From: Botryllus schlosseri
Lineage: Eukaryota
Assembly: GCA_051294905.1 (NCBI GenBank)
Contig: CM119372.1
Coordinates: forward strand, 34,040,001 to 34,104,000
Reading direction: 5' to 3'
DNA: 64,000 bases
Part shown: positions 24,445-36,249 of the stretch, piece after piece
Numbering within the stretch: the first letter of the stretch is position 1
Layout of the letters: each line of letters opens with the position of its first letter
Made by a program: the position numbers and the translations under genes
Notes under the pieces: model-generated
What the model was told of the DNA's origin: nothing
Databases searched by the model: none
What the model saw: only the letters and a program-made list of their open reading frames with translations

Positions 24445-25939
24445 ATGCGTGTACTTTTAATGACTCTTGTTTGGCTATTGCTTCATAACGCGGAATCGAG
24501 TGAAGTACCGGGAACGAAAGGCGCTGAAGATTCTGGATCACCGTCTGTCGACGGCAACGACCCACAAAACAGTACATTACCTTCGAACAAAAAAGATGAA
24601 AAACTACCGCCTGGACATGCCAAAGGCAATAGCAGCAGTAAAATTAAACCTAAAAAGAATAATGGTGACAAAGGTGGAATAAAGAATATGAAAGTCCCCG
24701 GTGAGACAAGGCAAGTGTCGCTTCTGAGCAGTCACTCACGTTATGCGAAACACTGTCCGTCCCTGGCATTCGATTTGCGTCGATAAGAAAGGTTCATGGG
24801 GTCCCGGGAACCTTTATTTGTGTTGATCATCACGCCAGTGTCAACTTCTTTGTTTCATTCGATGGGTAATGATTCACAAGGAGTTGACAATAGGCCATCT
24901 ACAACAGCAAGCATGTAAAGTAGGCTACGAGGTGTAAAATGTCAAAGGATATGTCCACCGACAATGCAACCTCTATAACACCAACGAAATTAAGTTTGCA
25001 AAATAAATTTGACTTTGTTAACAATTTTGACAATATTTTGACCTAACACTACAATTTTTACAAAATTTTGACTTTTCAGCCACGTCAAAATATAACTGTC
25101 CTAGTTAACATGTATACGATTTAGATTTTAACAGCATTATTTCTCAGCAATATCTTTCCCTTGTTTTTTAGGTACCACAACTGTCCACCAGGATGGCGCA
25201 ATTGCGTCCAGAAGTGAATCTGCCCACACAGGTAAAATATCCGCCTCTACTACGGAGTAATGCGCAGCACTCCCATATTATGCATTGGAAGCATCATGTG
25301 AAGAACTTCCTCTTTACCTACGTCACAAACAGCTTAGCCTTAACTACCGCTTCCACCTCAGACGCTACTAGGCCCACGAACCCCCACCAATAGAAGTTCT
25401 CGAAGGCACGTGGCATGAGATATACAGCATCATGAACCCAAAATTCAATACCCCCAACATGACCAGGAATGCCACGTCTCCCAATAACCTCGTACTGGAA
25501 AGAAAATCGCATCCAGATTTCACGACATGTTTGATGCAATCACAAAACGTTGATCTAGACCTGACAATTATCATTAAAAAAGGCATCGCACCTCTGTCGC
25601 ATAAACCCATAGTCCTGGACTTCATATTCGAACGCTATAACGAAGTCATTGAAATATACACTTGACGGCTTTAAATCAACAGAAGGAGCCGGTTATGCGT
25701 TTACTATCCCGTCGCTGATGATAAACTTTTCTGAACCTTGTTCGATTTGTTGTAAATGGGTCTCCTTAAAAGCATCTTGGGAACCACTTCTAGGTGTTGA
25801 GTCCTTGATTTGGCACCTTTTCGTTAAGCATACATTAGGCAAATTTATGTTTGCCTACGATAATTATCAAAAAATACACATTTATTTTGCAGAACTCATT
25901 GACCAATCCATGGAGGGGACGAAAATTTGCTGTGAATAA
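24445..25939 (+). CDS. Predicted 3-exon small secreted protein, gene B (copy 1), 120 aa; exons 24445-24700, 25172-25231, 25893-25939
   Basis: Signal peptide MRVLLMTLVWLLLHNAES is followed by a G/S/N/K-rich region. Splice sites are phase-1 compatible (CCCG|GTGAGA, TTTTTTAG|G, ACAG|GTAAAA, TTTTGCAG|A), giving an open frame ending ...VPGTTTVHQDGAIASRSESAHTELIDQSMEGTKICCE*. Confidence 0.72.
25240..25730 (+). mobile_element. Decayed non-LTR retrotransposon fragment with the start of an RNase H domain, in intron 2 of gene B
   Basis: ORFs 25432-25665 and 25649- join across a frameshift to give VDLDL...KK...ERYNEVIEIYT/DGFKSTEGAGYAFTIP. This matches the IYTDGSK...G.G.A RNase H motif of I/Nimb-group LINEs. 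Confidence 0.78.
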
Positions 25940-26289
25940 TCGGCATACGGGCAAAATCCATTATTTTCTATAATTAAGTCGTGTCGGTGATTGTGTATAA
26001 GTATTTATTGCATTTCATAATTATTTCGATACGGAGAAACCTGATTATGGATTTGGTGCGAGTCTTATGCGTTATCTGAAAAGATAGCGAAGTAATTATT
26101 CAACGCTCATTTGTGTCTACTGCATACTGATAATTGACTGCTGTGTGATATTAAAGAGTGTTGCGCAGGCTTACGTGTTACGTGTGTGCTTGCTCAATAT
26201 TTGCAAGAGGGTTCGAACCTCCGTTACTTAGCCCAGCTTGATCGTTACGCCAGAAACAGTAATATCGATTCCAATCCCGATATCCACAC

Positions 26290-26796
26290 CAGTGATGAGC
26301 GGATAGTAATTTCTGAGAATCCGAATCCGTCTGACAGCTCGCGTATCTGAGGAACTATCAGTCCGAATCCGAACAATCTCATCCAAAAATCCATTCGAAT
26401 CCGATCAATGTCGTCCAGAATACGAAAAGTCCGAATCGAATAACTTTTCCGAAGAATCCTGATTGCACGACTGAGCCGAGATACGATTAGGGCGTAGTCT
26501 TCACAAAGGCTAAGGTTAGGGTTTGCTGATTTGTATGTGCTTGGACCATTTACAGAACAACTTTAGAGTACTACCAGTCTTATCAGAACGTGTTTACTGT
26601 CCGTGTTTGGTTGTTCAGTTCAAATGACAAATCACGTCTGGTAAGAACTATTCGAAAATATCCGAAGCAGAAGTTACAACTATCCACAAATATCCGAAAC
26701 AAAATATGCAATAGAATGCGAATCCCATCAGACTGTCTCAAAATTGTGCGAAATCAGGCCGGAACCCTATCCGAGTCCGTCCGATGCTCATCACTG
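26290..26796. mobile_element. hAT-type MITE with ATCCGA subrepeats
   Basis: TIRs CAGTGATGAGC / GCTCATCACTG; exact 8-bp TSD ATCCACAC. Confidence 0.92.
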
Positions 26797-26933
26797 ATCC
26801 ACACATGCTTGAAATGCCAAGAGTGAACACTCATATTATGTCGTATCGATACGACGATTATACTTATTGCCAGATCTACATAGTTTATCTGACATGTACA
26901 AAGCAATACTACAAACGTGAAATATGTTATAGG

Positions 26934-28220
26934 CAGAGGTGGTCAAAGTAGTCAAGAAAGCTACTCAAGTAGAAGTAGAAGTAGCGACGAAAAAATCTAC
27001 TCAAGTACGAGTAGAAGTACTTCTTCCATAAGCCACCTAAAACTACTTGAAGGAAAGCTAGAATTGACTGACGTTAAATTTACTCAAGTAAGTAAGTGGT
27101 TTTGAAAACAGTCTCAATTCGTTCGCACGGACTGTCAAATGCTGCAAATTGAGCTATGCGGAAGATGCAGAGAGATTGATTCGTATTGATGCATCCCAGG
27201 AGGTATCAATTTGCGACAGAAGAAGCATTCTTTAGCATCATGGGATGCAAATGATAGTAATGATATGAAAATGCGATATTAACCTTGTTTACTAAGAGAC
27301 ACCATTTTAGAGAATATCATGGCATGGCGCCCTACATCATGTTATAAGGCCCCAAGTTTAGGCGAAGAGCAATACGTAGAAGTTGCATCGGATACGGTTT
27401 CAACATTTTGCGAGATTGGTATACAAATATTGTATGCAAATTAGTATACAAATATTGTGGATCGTAAAATTTATATTTAGTGTAGCTTTATTTTCGGAAA
27501 ATAGAGGCATTACTACACTTGCTTTTATGCTTCAACATGTATATTCTGCAGACAAAAGAACTGAAAGTAATTAGAACTCAAAGTATGATACTCTGAGTAT
27601 CATACTCGGAACTGCAATTGAAATACAAATACTTCAAACACTTCTAAAAAGCGGAAAATATATTTCATGTCTTTTGTTCATAAAGCTTCAAAGGTAGGTA
27701 ATCTGCTAAAAAAGGCGTAGCGTTCCAAACAGCCAGAATTTCCAGATTAACAGGACACGTCATGGGCTGCTAGATAACGATAGGTAATTGCTAAATTGCG
27801 AAACGGTGGTTTCAAACGCCATATTTACTGTGATGAAATATTTGATATGGGTGACGATGCAGTATGAGCGGAACCATAAGCAATCTGGTACCTAAATTAT
27901 ATTCATATATTTGGCATTCCATATACTGTGCGCGAAGCGCAATAATATTTCTGGGCTTTACTTTACTTTTTTAATATTAAATGGTGGCCCTCCGTGAAAC
28001 CAGCCCCGAAATTCCTCAGGCTATCTTTCGTATTGGGGGGTTAAACTACTTCTACTTGACAAACTGAAAATAGCGAAAAGTAAGTAAGTAGATCACAAAA
28101 TATTACGAAGTAGTAATAGAAGTAGAGAAAATCATATCTACTTGAGTAAGTAGCAGAAGTAGAGGAAAACTACTTCAGTACTTCCAAAAAGTAGAAGTGC
28201 ATCGTTACTGACCACCTCTG
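26934..28220. mobile_element. hAT-type MITE with AGTAGAAGTA subrepeats
   Basis: TIRs CAGAGGTGGTCA / TGACCACCTCTG; TSD GTTATAGG / ATTATAGG. Confidence 0.9.
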
Positions 28221-30893
28221 ATTATAGGCTACATGATGAAGAAAAGGATTAATTCAATTGTCCGAATTTTTCGCTGCCGATGGTGAAGATTAATTTTACG
28301 GAATGACAGTTTTAAAGTTGCAACCCTCTTACGGGCCGTGGTAATCTTTATTATTTATCTTGAGCTAATATGTTCACACCACACGTTAAGACTATCCATG
28401 AGTTTTCGAACGGTGAGCATCGGGCGGGCCACTAGTAATTACTTACTTAGTTAAAGCATGCTGTTTTGTCGCGACTTCCGGAAAATGTTGTCGCCACTCA
28501 AAAGTTATCTCACGCGTACCACAACTCAATAAAAAATTGGTAAGATACGCACGGTTCCCAATTTGCATTTATTCACAGCGCGCAAAATTTATTCCTCTGC
28601 TTCTTAGCATTTGTACCGTGGGACTCAGATTGCAATTAATGAGCCATCCCGCGCGATCTTAGGACAAGGTTCTAACGCCGGCGATATTTCTGGGATCGCA
28701 CTTCGTGTTGGCTAAGACATACCTGCCTTGGTGTGTCTTTTTAGCGCCGTAAAGCTGATACCTAATAGTCCCGCAACCGCTGGCAGCACACGCATATAAT
28801 TAGATTCAATTCTGAATATCGTGCGTTTCTTTATTCAGGCCTATTTTTTGATTTTTTGATTTATCAAGAGGCGGGCACGCTATAATTAACATACCACTGA
28901 AACCATATATCGCGCAAAGCGCGATGAAAAATTTCAAGTCGGATACATATGGTCAATAATAATAAACCTATATTAAGTTTTGAAAAATGTTCAAAAATTA
29001 TTGGGAGCACGGCCCCATTCTCCCAGTCCTGGCGACGCCAGTGCTATTGTATATATACATAGGCCTATGTATTAATACCGCTAACAGACTGTTTTGCGAT
29101 ATTAAAGAAAGCTCGGTGGATTTACATGCGTGCTCAATACTTGCAGGAGATTGTAAGACACTAGTACATGTAGTGTTTTGAGGCAGAAACTGTATAATAT
29201 CAACTGCAAATACATATAATTACACATTATTGAAATGATAATAACGCAACCCCTTCATAAGAAAACAAAAATCACAATTCGAGCTCATAACATTATGTCG
29301 CTTCGGTACGTCGATTATACTTCCTTCTAGATATACATAGCTAATCGGAGATAATCAGATAAGCATAAAACAGGAATACTAGCGACATACAATAATATAC
29401 TAAATATGATCCAGAGACGGGTCAATACAATCATCGAGATTTTTGGTTTCTGATGGGAAAAAATGTTAGCGAATGACTTGTTGAACGTGACAACTCCCTA
29501 TGTATGGGATCTGGTAGTCTATAAGGACGATTATACACTGCTTACGCCTCTATACCGACAACAGCTCACCATCGCTTCTGAAATCAATAATGGTGACAAT
29601 ATCAGAACTTATTGCCAATGAGTTTACATCCCTGTCGGTATACATGCCAAGGCGATCACACGAAGACGAAGACGGTCATTAAATCTGTTTGTTTGTTTGA
29701 GGTATTCATTGTGTTTGTCGACTACTTTGTACATTTACACCACGCCAATTTTCTTCATTTTTATTCCGTAGCTGCCGACTTGTAGCACTGCCCACTTCCA
29801 GGCTTTTCATAAGACACCGCTTACGCGGATAAGATGGCGAGGATGAGCCTGGATAAACCTCCAACACTTAGGTAATTTAATCTCTATTCGCAGTCGACTA
29901 GTCACGAAACATCTTAGGGTTCACGATTATAATAATTATTAATTGTAATCACTGGTTTGCCTGGAAAATAAGGATCACTTCGTGGAATAATTTTGAATTT
30001 CCTGAAGAGTTCAACCCAAGCATTGCTCACCGAGGACTGACCGGTATAGCTGCGGTACCGGCGGATAGAATATAATACTAATCTGTGTGCTGCGTAGGCC
30101 TGCGGAACGCGCATCCCCCAAACTGAAAAGAGAGTGGCCTCTCACTGTCTTCGAGCTTCAGATCCATATTTTAGTCAGTCTGACGTGGAATGCATAGTGC
30201 GGACGCTATACAAAATGGTAAATGGTAAGCGAGTAACAAATTGTGCGAATCCCTGGTTTAGTTAAATGCCTTGAATGAGCTACATAACACTACAAAAAAT
30301 GTAACAGTGAAATGCGACATGCAAGGTAGACGGGAGGCTCGATATGACATAGTCTTCAGAGCCGAGCCACCCGGGACAGGAGCAATTTTCACAGTCGATA
30401 ACTAATGAAAATCGATGTTTATGTGAGTAACGTAAACTAGCGATAGTCTACACTACATACGCATTTGGGCTTTGGGCTTTCCCAAGACGATATAGCTCTT
30501 CAAAATAACTTGGCGTATTCGTAGCCATTACTGCGACGAGCTGATGTGGATCAGGTGGGAATGAACTGGTATTAAGTATATTTGACTTGTGGTCATCAAC
30601 GTTTCGGGATGCGTGCTAAGGTAGGCCTACCCAATAAAATGGTTCTACCCGTCAGTCACTCGAGAAGGTTATCGAATATTTGCACCGAAGGTCTTTGTCC
30701 ACTAAGCGTCAGTAAATAGTTTTTCGTTTTATGGCGGTAATTTTAATATGAAACTGTCGCTCTTTTCCGAAATGTAGCCTACATGGTTATCCCAAATCGA
30801 GAAAATCAATGCTTATTGACTGCACAACAAAACGGTATGTGGAACTTGACCTCAAGCTGTCGACAGGGCTGTTGAAATGAAGGCAATTGTTGA

Positions 30894-32242
30894 CTATTGG
30901 CGGGTGCTGTAATGCGCCCAAAAAGTGAAGCCACTTGACACCACTGTTAACCCGGATAGCATGTGCAGCTGGATCGATACGCATGCAAGATCTGTCAAGA
31001 TATAAACGATCATTGTACCACAGGCCAAACCAAAAGTTTGCACGACGTAAGCTGAATTGTGATCAATAAAATAGGTACCGGAAATCATATAGGCCTACAC
31101 AGTCACTCTACGTAAAGCGTGCGTCGCACCCATCAGGATAGCCAGAACGGTCCGTGGACATATTGTGCGACCTAATTGACGGTTGCCAAATGGCAGCCAC
31201 TGAATATCCAGATGCTTCCACCACCAAACTCAGTATCAGTAGAAATGGCATCGGTGTGTAATTTCCGAGTGCGGTTACCGATGAACAGACAAGGAATGAA
31301 GTATATACGTGACGAACAAAACCTTATCTAAATGATCAACACCGAGCACACACGAGCCATAAGCGCGTGACATGTCCGACCAAATGAAACCAGCAATGAA
31401 GCCTTGCTGCAATAGGGCTGGAATGGTCAGCAAACCTGGCTTTGAAACCACGTGACGAATCAAACGTTAAAATTAATTTTTACAATCTACCATCAATTCC
31501 GTGAGATACCCCAAATTTCTATTTTCGCTTGACACGGCATACCATTGAACCAATATATACCCAGTACTTGAACTCCGCAACATAAGCACAGGTACATACG
31601 TATAGAAATTAACGTCGGTACCAATTGTCTACTAGAATCAGTCGCAAACGCGTAATCAGACGGGCAATCGTTTGCTGCGCGTTTTGTCAAGTCACGAGTC
31701 GAGTCTGAGAAATTGGTGAAGTCATCAGTGATTTCCCTTTTTAAGAACAAGTCAGGCACAAGGCTGAAGATAGCTTGACCCAGCCCCAGAATGGCGACGA
31801 ATATTCCGACAGCCGCTTCAGTACCGACTTGTTTGTCACTTGGCTGCGTCGACTGCGATATTGATGAGATTATGACTCCGAGTGCGGGCATTATTAGGCC
31901 CCCGCCGACACCCAGCAGCATGCCTGCGGGCGTTACAGTCCAAAATCGAGGGTAGCCTATAGCAACGCTAGAGTAAATAACAACGAAGGAACTTGGCCTA
32001 AATGTAAGCACGCTTTCTTCCCCAAAATACTAATCATTGGTACGTAAATCACCAGTGTCACAATGCAGAGAGCTTCGTAAACCACTACACTAATCGATCC
32101 CAGTTCCCAGTGCGCCCTTCACTCCAATGCTTCACTGTAAGGCAGTATGATTGTACTGCAGGCCAGCAACCATTGCAAAGCCAATTGAAACTTCATAAAT
32201 GCGTAGTTTAGCGGACACTGCTCTTCGCCCCAAATCCACCAT
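30894..32242 (-). pseudogene. Intronless UNC-93-like (UNC93A-type MFS membrane protein) pseudogene, copy 1
   Basis: Colinear UNC-93 motifs across several frames: VSIGFAMV..LQ*SIGVKGALGT; ILGKKACLHLG..F..LL/YPRFWTVTPAGMLLGVGGG; AANDCP; LLTIPALLQQGFIAGFIWSDMSRAYGSCVLGV; AIWQP; LACVSIQLHML. Multiple stops and frameshifts are present. Confidence 0.85.
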
Positions 32243-35200
32243 TGTAAATCATATAAGCTGTTGTGTGCATATTAGATATGCAACACTCCGTTAAAATTCA
32301 ATTGTGTGATCGATTATGAGCTGGTCTGATCGTATCAAACAATCTCGATTGTCGTCATCCAATCGTGACTATGCAAGTGTATAGGTAGGGCTGTTGAAAA
32401 CAAAAAAAAAATTCTTCCAAATCTTTCTTGCTACCTGATTAAATTGTCAGGTTACCCAAAAAAAACGATGCACACCAAATTTGACTCAATTCCAACCAGC
32501 AGATGCCGAGTTCTTACAAATTGAAATTTTGGCCATTTTTTAAATAACAGTATTTACGGTGGCAAATTTCGTCACTCCAACATGACGAAAAATCGTGTTC
32601 AAGGCATGCCCGAAGGCGCAGGGATGCTTTTTCTACCCGTTTACATCTTGACAAGGGCCTATGGTAGAGTTTGGATTTTAACATCGTCAGTTAACGAAAA
32701 AAAAGATATGAGACGGATTAGCTGGAAATAAGTCGACTTCATTGAAATAGCTACGTGCAAATGATGGTGATATAATTTGCAAATAAAATACCTTTCACAT
32801 TAAAATTAACGACCACGGAAACGAAATAAACTGACAAGCAGGTAAATACACGGTCAAATATATTTCTCAATTGATAGTTACGATTAGTAATCGTAATCGA
32901 TTACGACGATTACAGCATTTTCAAGTAATCGTAATCGCAATCGATTACATTTGAAAAAATACCGAAGTAATCGTAGTCGTAATCGACTACTTCACATATC
33001 TAATCGATTTATTTGTTCATGAACGATTACTTTATATGAGTGCCTTTATTTTGTACATGCAAGCTAATGAAAAGCTAATGAAGCTAATTAAGCTAATGAA
33101 AAGCTAATGAAGCTAATGGAAAGCACAATGACTATGACATAAACTGAACATTAGTGAACAAGGAGATATATGTGGCGCCAAAATGCCTATTCCTGTAACT
33201 TAGCCATGCTTTTATTCTTGAGGGAGTGACGTTTGAATTTGAAAATCAAGCAATTAAGAGACATTAAATTGCGACGCTCGAAGAACATTTTCAAGTTGAT
33301 TAAATTTCTCGAAAATCTCTCACTCCCCACCGGGGTTGCAACCAAGTTACAATGTTCCGAGTCACCAGTCAGTCTCACTTTTTTAGTTTTGACTTGAGTC
33401 AAGTCGAGTCATTTTCTATATGTTCACTGTTCAGTTTTCAGTTCAATTCGGTTCAACCCACTTTTTTAACTCTGCTGGAGTGATATAGAAGACTCGCATT
33501 CATAATATAGTAATTTTCCTCAGCCTTAACACTTTGTGACTATATTTTCCGAGTATCAGAACTGATAGACGAAAAATCAATATTGTGTTACCAGAACTAT
33601 TCTTCGAAGTTGCAATGAAATGTCTGTCTTGAGTGCCCGAGTCTCGAGTAGCATGACTTGGTTCGAGTCATGGACAATGACTCGAGTACAAGTCGTGTCA
33701 ATGCAAAAATTGACTCGAGTCGAATCGTTTTACGCCTTTAAAAAAATGACTCGAGTAGAGTCGCGAGTAACCAAAATCGCGACTCCAGTCACTACAACCA
33801 TGCTCCCCACCCGATTGGGGAGTTTGGGGTACGGTAGTTACGGACCTGGCAAGAAAGCGAATGGGTGGATGCGATAAATCGTCCCCTATAAAGTTGGACA
33901 TTCGTTATATTATGACGTATTATGATGTATTATCTATAAATAAAGTTATCTCATTACGACTTTTCATCGCAATCATTATATTGTCTACCAATATCTTCTA
34001 AGATTAGTTCTAAGAAGCAAGATAAATGTAATCGTGAGTAATCGTGATTACTTTTCCAATGTAATCGTAATCGTAATCGTAATCGCGTGACACTGAAGTA
34101 ATCGTAATCGCAATCGATTACATTCATAAAGTAATCACCCCATGTCTGATCCATAGCCCATCTTAGTACCAGCCGGCTGCAGTGTCGTTGTTTTACTCCA
34201 GTTGCCATTAGGAAGAAGTCGGTGTCATCGTAACCCGATTTCGAGAAGGCAATAAGTCTACTAAGTTCAGAGTTTTATGGAAAATTATACCCAAAACACA
34301 GTTATTCACAGAAGCGAAAACGCCAATGCGAAGCCGCTATATGCAGTTTATATGTAAAAATATATTGATTTATACAACCATATAATCCAAATATCTGTGG
34401 TTGCACTGCGGTGACACTTTCGGCTTAAAAGGTGCCACTGCCCAGCCTCCAGTCAAATCCGAATCGAGATTTAAGATTTATTATGAACCAAATTCCAACG
34501 TCTGCGTTTACTGTTCAATCTCTTGTATTCCTCACCCATCTTGCGCAGGGCTGACTCCAGATTACGACTAAAGGAGACGAAGCATAGATATATGCCAACT
34601 TATATCGTCGTTAGCGCCAGTGTTTTGGCGGTTTATATCCGTATTCAACCGGCCAATCATGGTATTTTTGCCAATTTCATGGTCCGCGAATAAAATGTTG
34701 CTGCTTGTTAGAATAAAACCCCTATGATCCGTGGTACAACGTAAAATACTATTATGTCTATATACTTGATAACAAAGTGAAAAAATAGAGAATCAGGTAA
34801 CATTTTCGAATTAGTTGACTGGTGCGGCCCGCGAGTGATTTGAAGGCTCGTATCTGGGCCGCGACGCTATTTGAATTTGACACCCCTGGTTTAAAGGATT
34901 GATAGATGTTAACCGGTACTGACGAAATTGCATTTAATCGCGACATTTCGATTCATCTGGTGTGATGCACAGATTTGAAGCAATATTTCGTTGTCATAAC
35001 AATCATTTGGAAATAAAAATTCTTGAGAACGAATGGTATAGCAATACGAATCACCGGTTTGACCCGAGTACATCGCTACACCTACTCGCACCTTGGCGAG
35101 TTGACCTTAATTGAGCCATGTTAACCAATGATCCGAAAGATGTAAATTTGTGAGTGTCATCTAGGGCATGACGTACTCTAAGTAGGTCTATATATACAAG

Positions 35201-35291
35201 AGCAAATAAGTATAAAAGTCATTCACTTTGGTGGACAAAACAATCAGTGTGCAAACAATTTGGTATCACAATCGCTACAAGGCCAGGAAAT

Positions 35292-36249
35292 ATGCGAGTC
35301 AAACTGATGGTGTTCATCACCATTGCCACCCTTTTGACCAACGGGACATGTTCGTCCGATACTGAAGAAAGTAACAGATATCGTTCTGACGGTTTGTAAA
35401 TGATAAGTTCGACATCAACTGAAAACGACAAATTGCAAGTAATTCCAGGTGCACATGGTGGTGAAATTACCCCTGTGAAGTGGTCTGCTGCGGCAAAGAA
35501 TAAACTGCAATCGGAAATATCTTACCGTCATGAAGACCGCATGGCTGGCAGAGAGACACGGTAAGCAAATATAGGCCCTACCCGAAGCGACATTTCTGCG
35601 CAACTCACTTGCAGAATATTTTCGCATAACGTAACTCGAAGGTCTCGAGATCTTATTCAACAGTTATTCTCCCATTATTTAGTCAGTCGGATACTTAATT
35701 TCCTTTTTTCCCTTCATTTTAAGAGCATGGCCTTCTATAAAAGCAGGAACATCCCCCCTTCATAAAATGTACCGAGTTTTCATTCTCCGGAGAAATACAT
35801 CTCCAATTATCGGCGATCCCATTGTGGTTAAAATTGAATAGTAGATTCATATTGAAATACACTCGCATATTTCGACTGACACTCGTCAGGGATACTCGTC
35901 AGCAAATAATAGAGAATTGGAAATAACATTGTATAACAGCAATCGCATAACCAAATCTGACGTCACCAGCATAAAAAGAATAATTGAGGCGAAGAGATCG
36001 CTTAACGACAATGTAATATTTACATGGTAGCGTACTCGAACTTCTTCTATTGGCACAAACTAGGTTGGTATATTTTGATACAAATGGGTAAAATTAGCTC
36101 CACAGATGATACTCTGAAATTATGCGGAAAATGTAATTCGATTTATGCCACACCCTCATTTTGTCATCACAACTAGAATGGTTATGAAGTTCCTATATTT
36201 ATTTTCTTCTACTTGCAGCTATCATCCCGATGTACCCGGATGGCCTTAG
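35292..36249 (+). CDS. Secreted-peptide gene A, copy 2
   Basis: Same ATG, splice sites and stop as copy 1 at offset 21306. Confidence 0.5.

Larger units (their letters stand above)
11659..32880 (+). repeat. Large tandem duplication, unit 1 (21,222 bp)
   Basis: The sequence from CGATTAGTAATCG at 11659 recurs at 32881 and 54600. The ORF track repeats with offsets of about 21306-21719. Confidence 0.97.

Noticed and set aside
26505..26525. TTAGGG-like motifs (also near 2140)
   Set aside because: Only one or two imperfect units; not an interstitial telomeric array.
31493..32011. 172-aa membrane ORF as a standalone intact gene
   Set aside because: It has a GTG start and is an internal fragment of the frameshifted UNC-93-like pseudogene.
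11659..32880. The 21-kb unit as an rDNA or histone repeat, prophage or giant transposon
   Set aside because: No rRNA, histone or viral genes were seen. The unit has no terminal repeats of its own and its boundary cuts through pre-existing MITEs.
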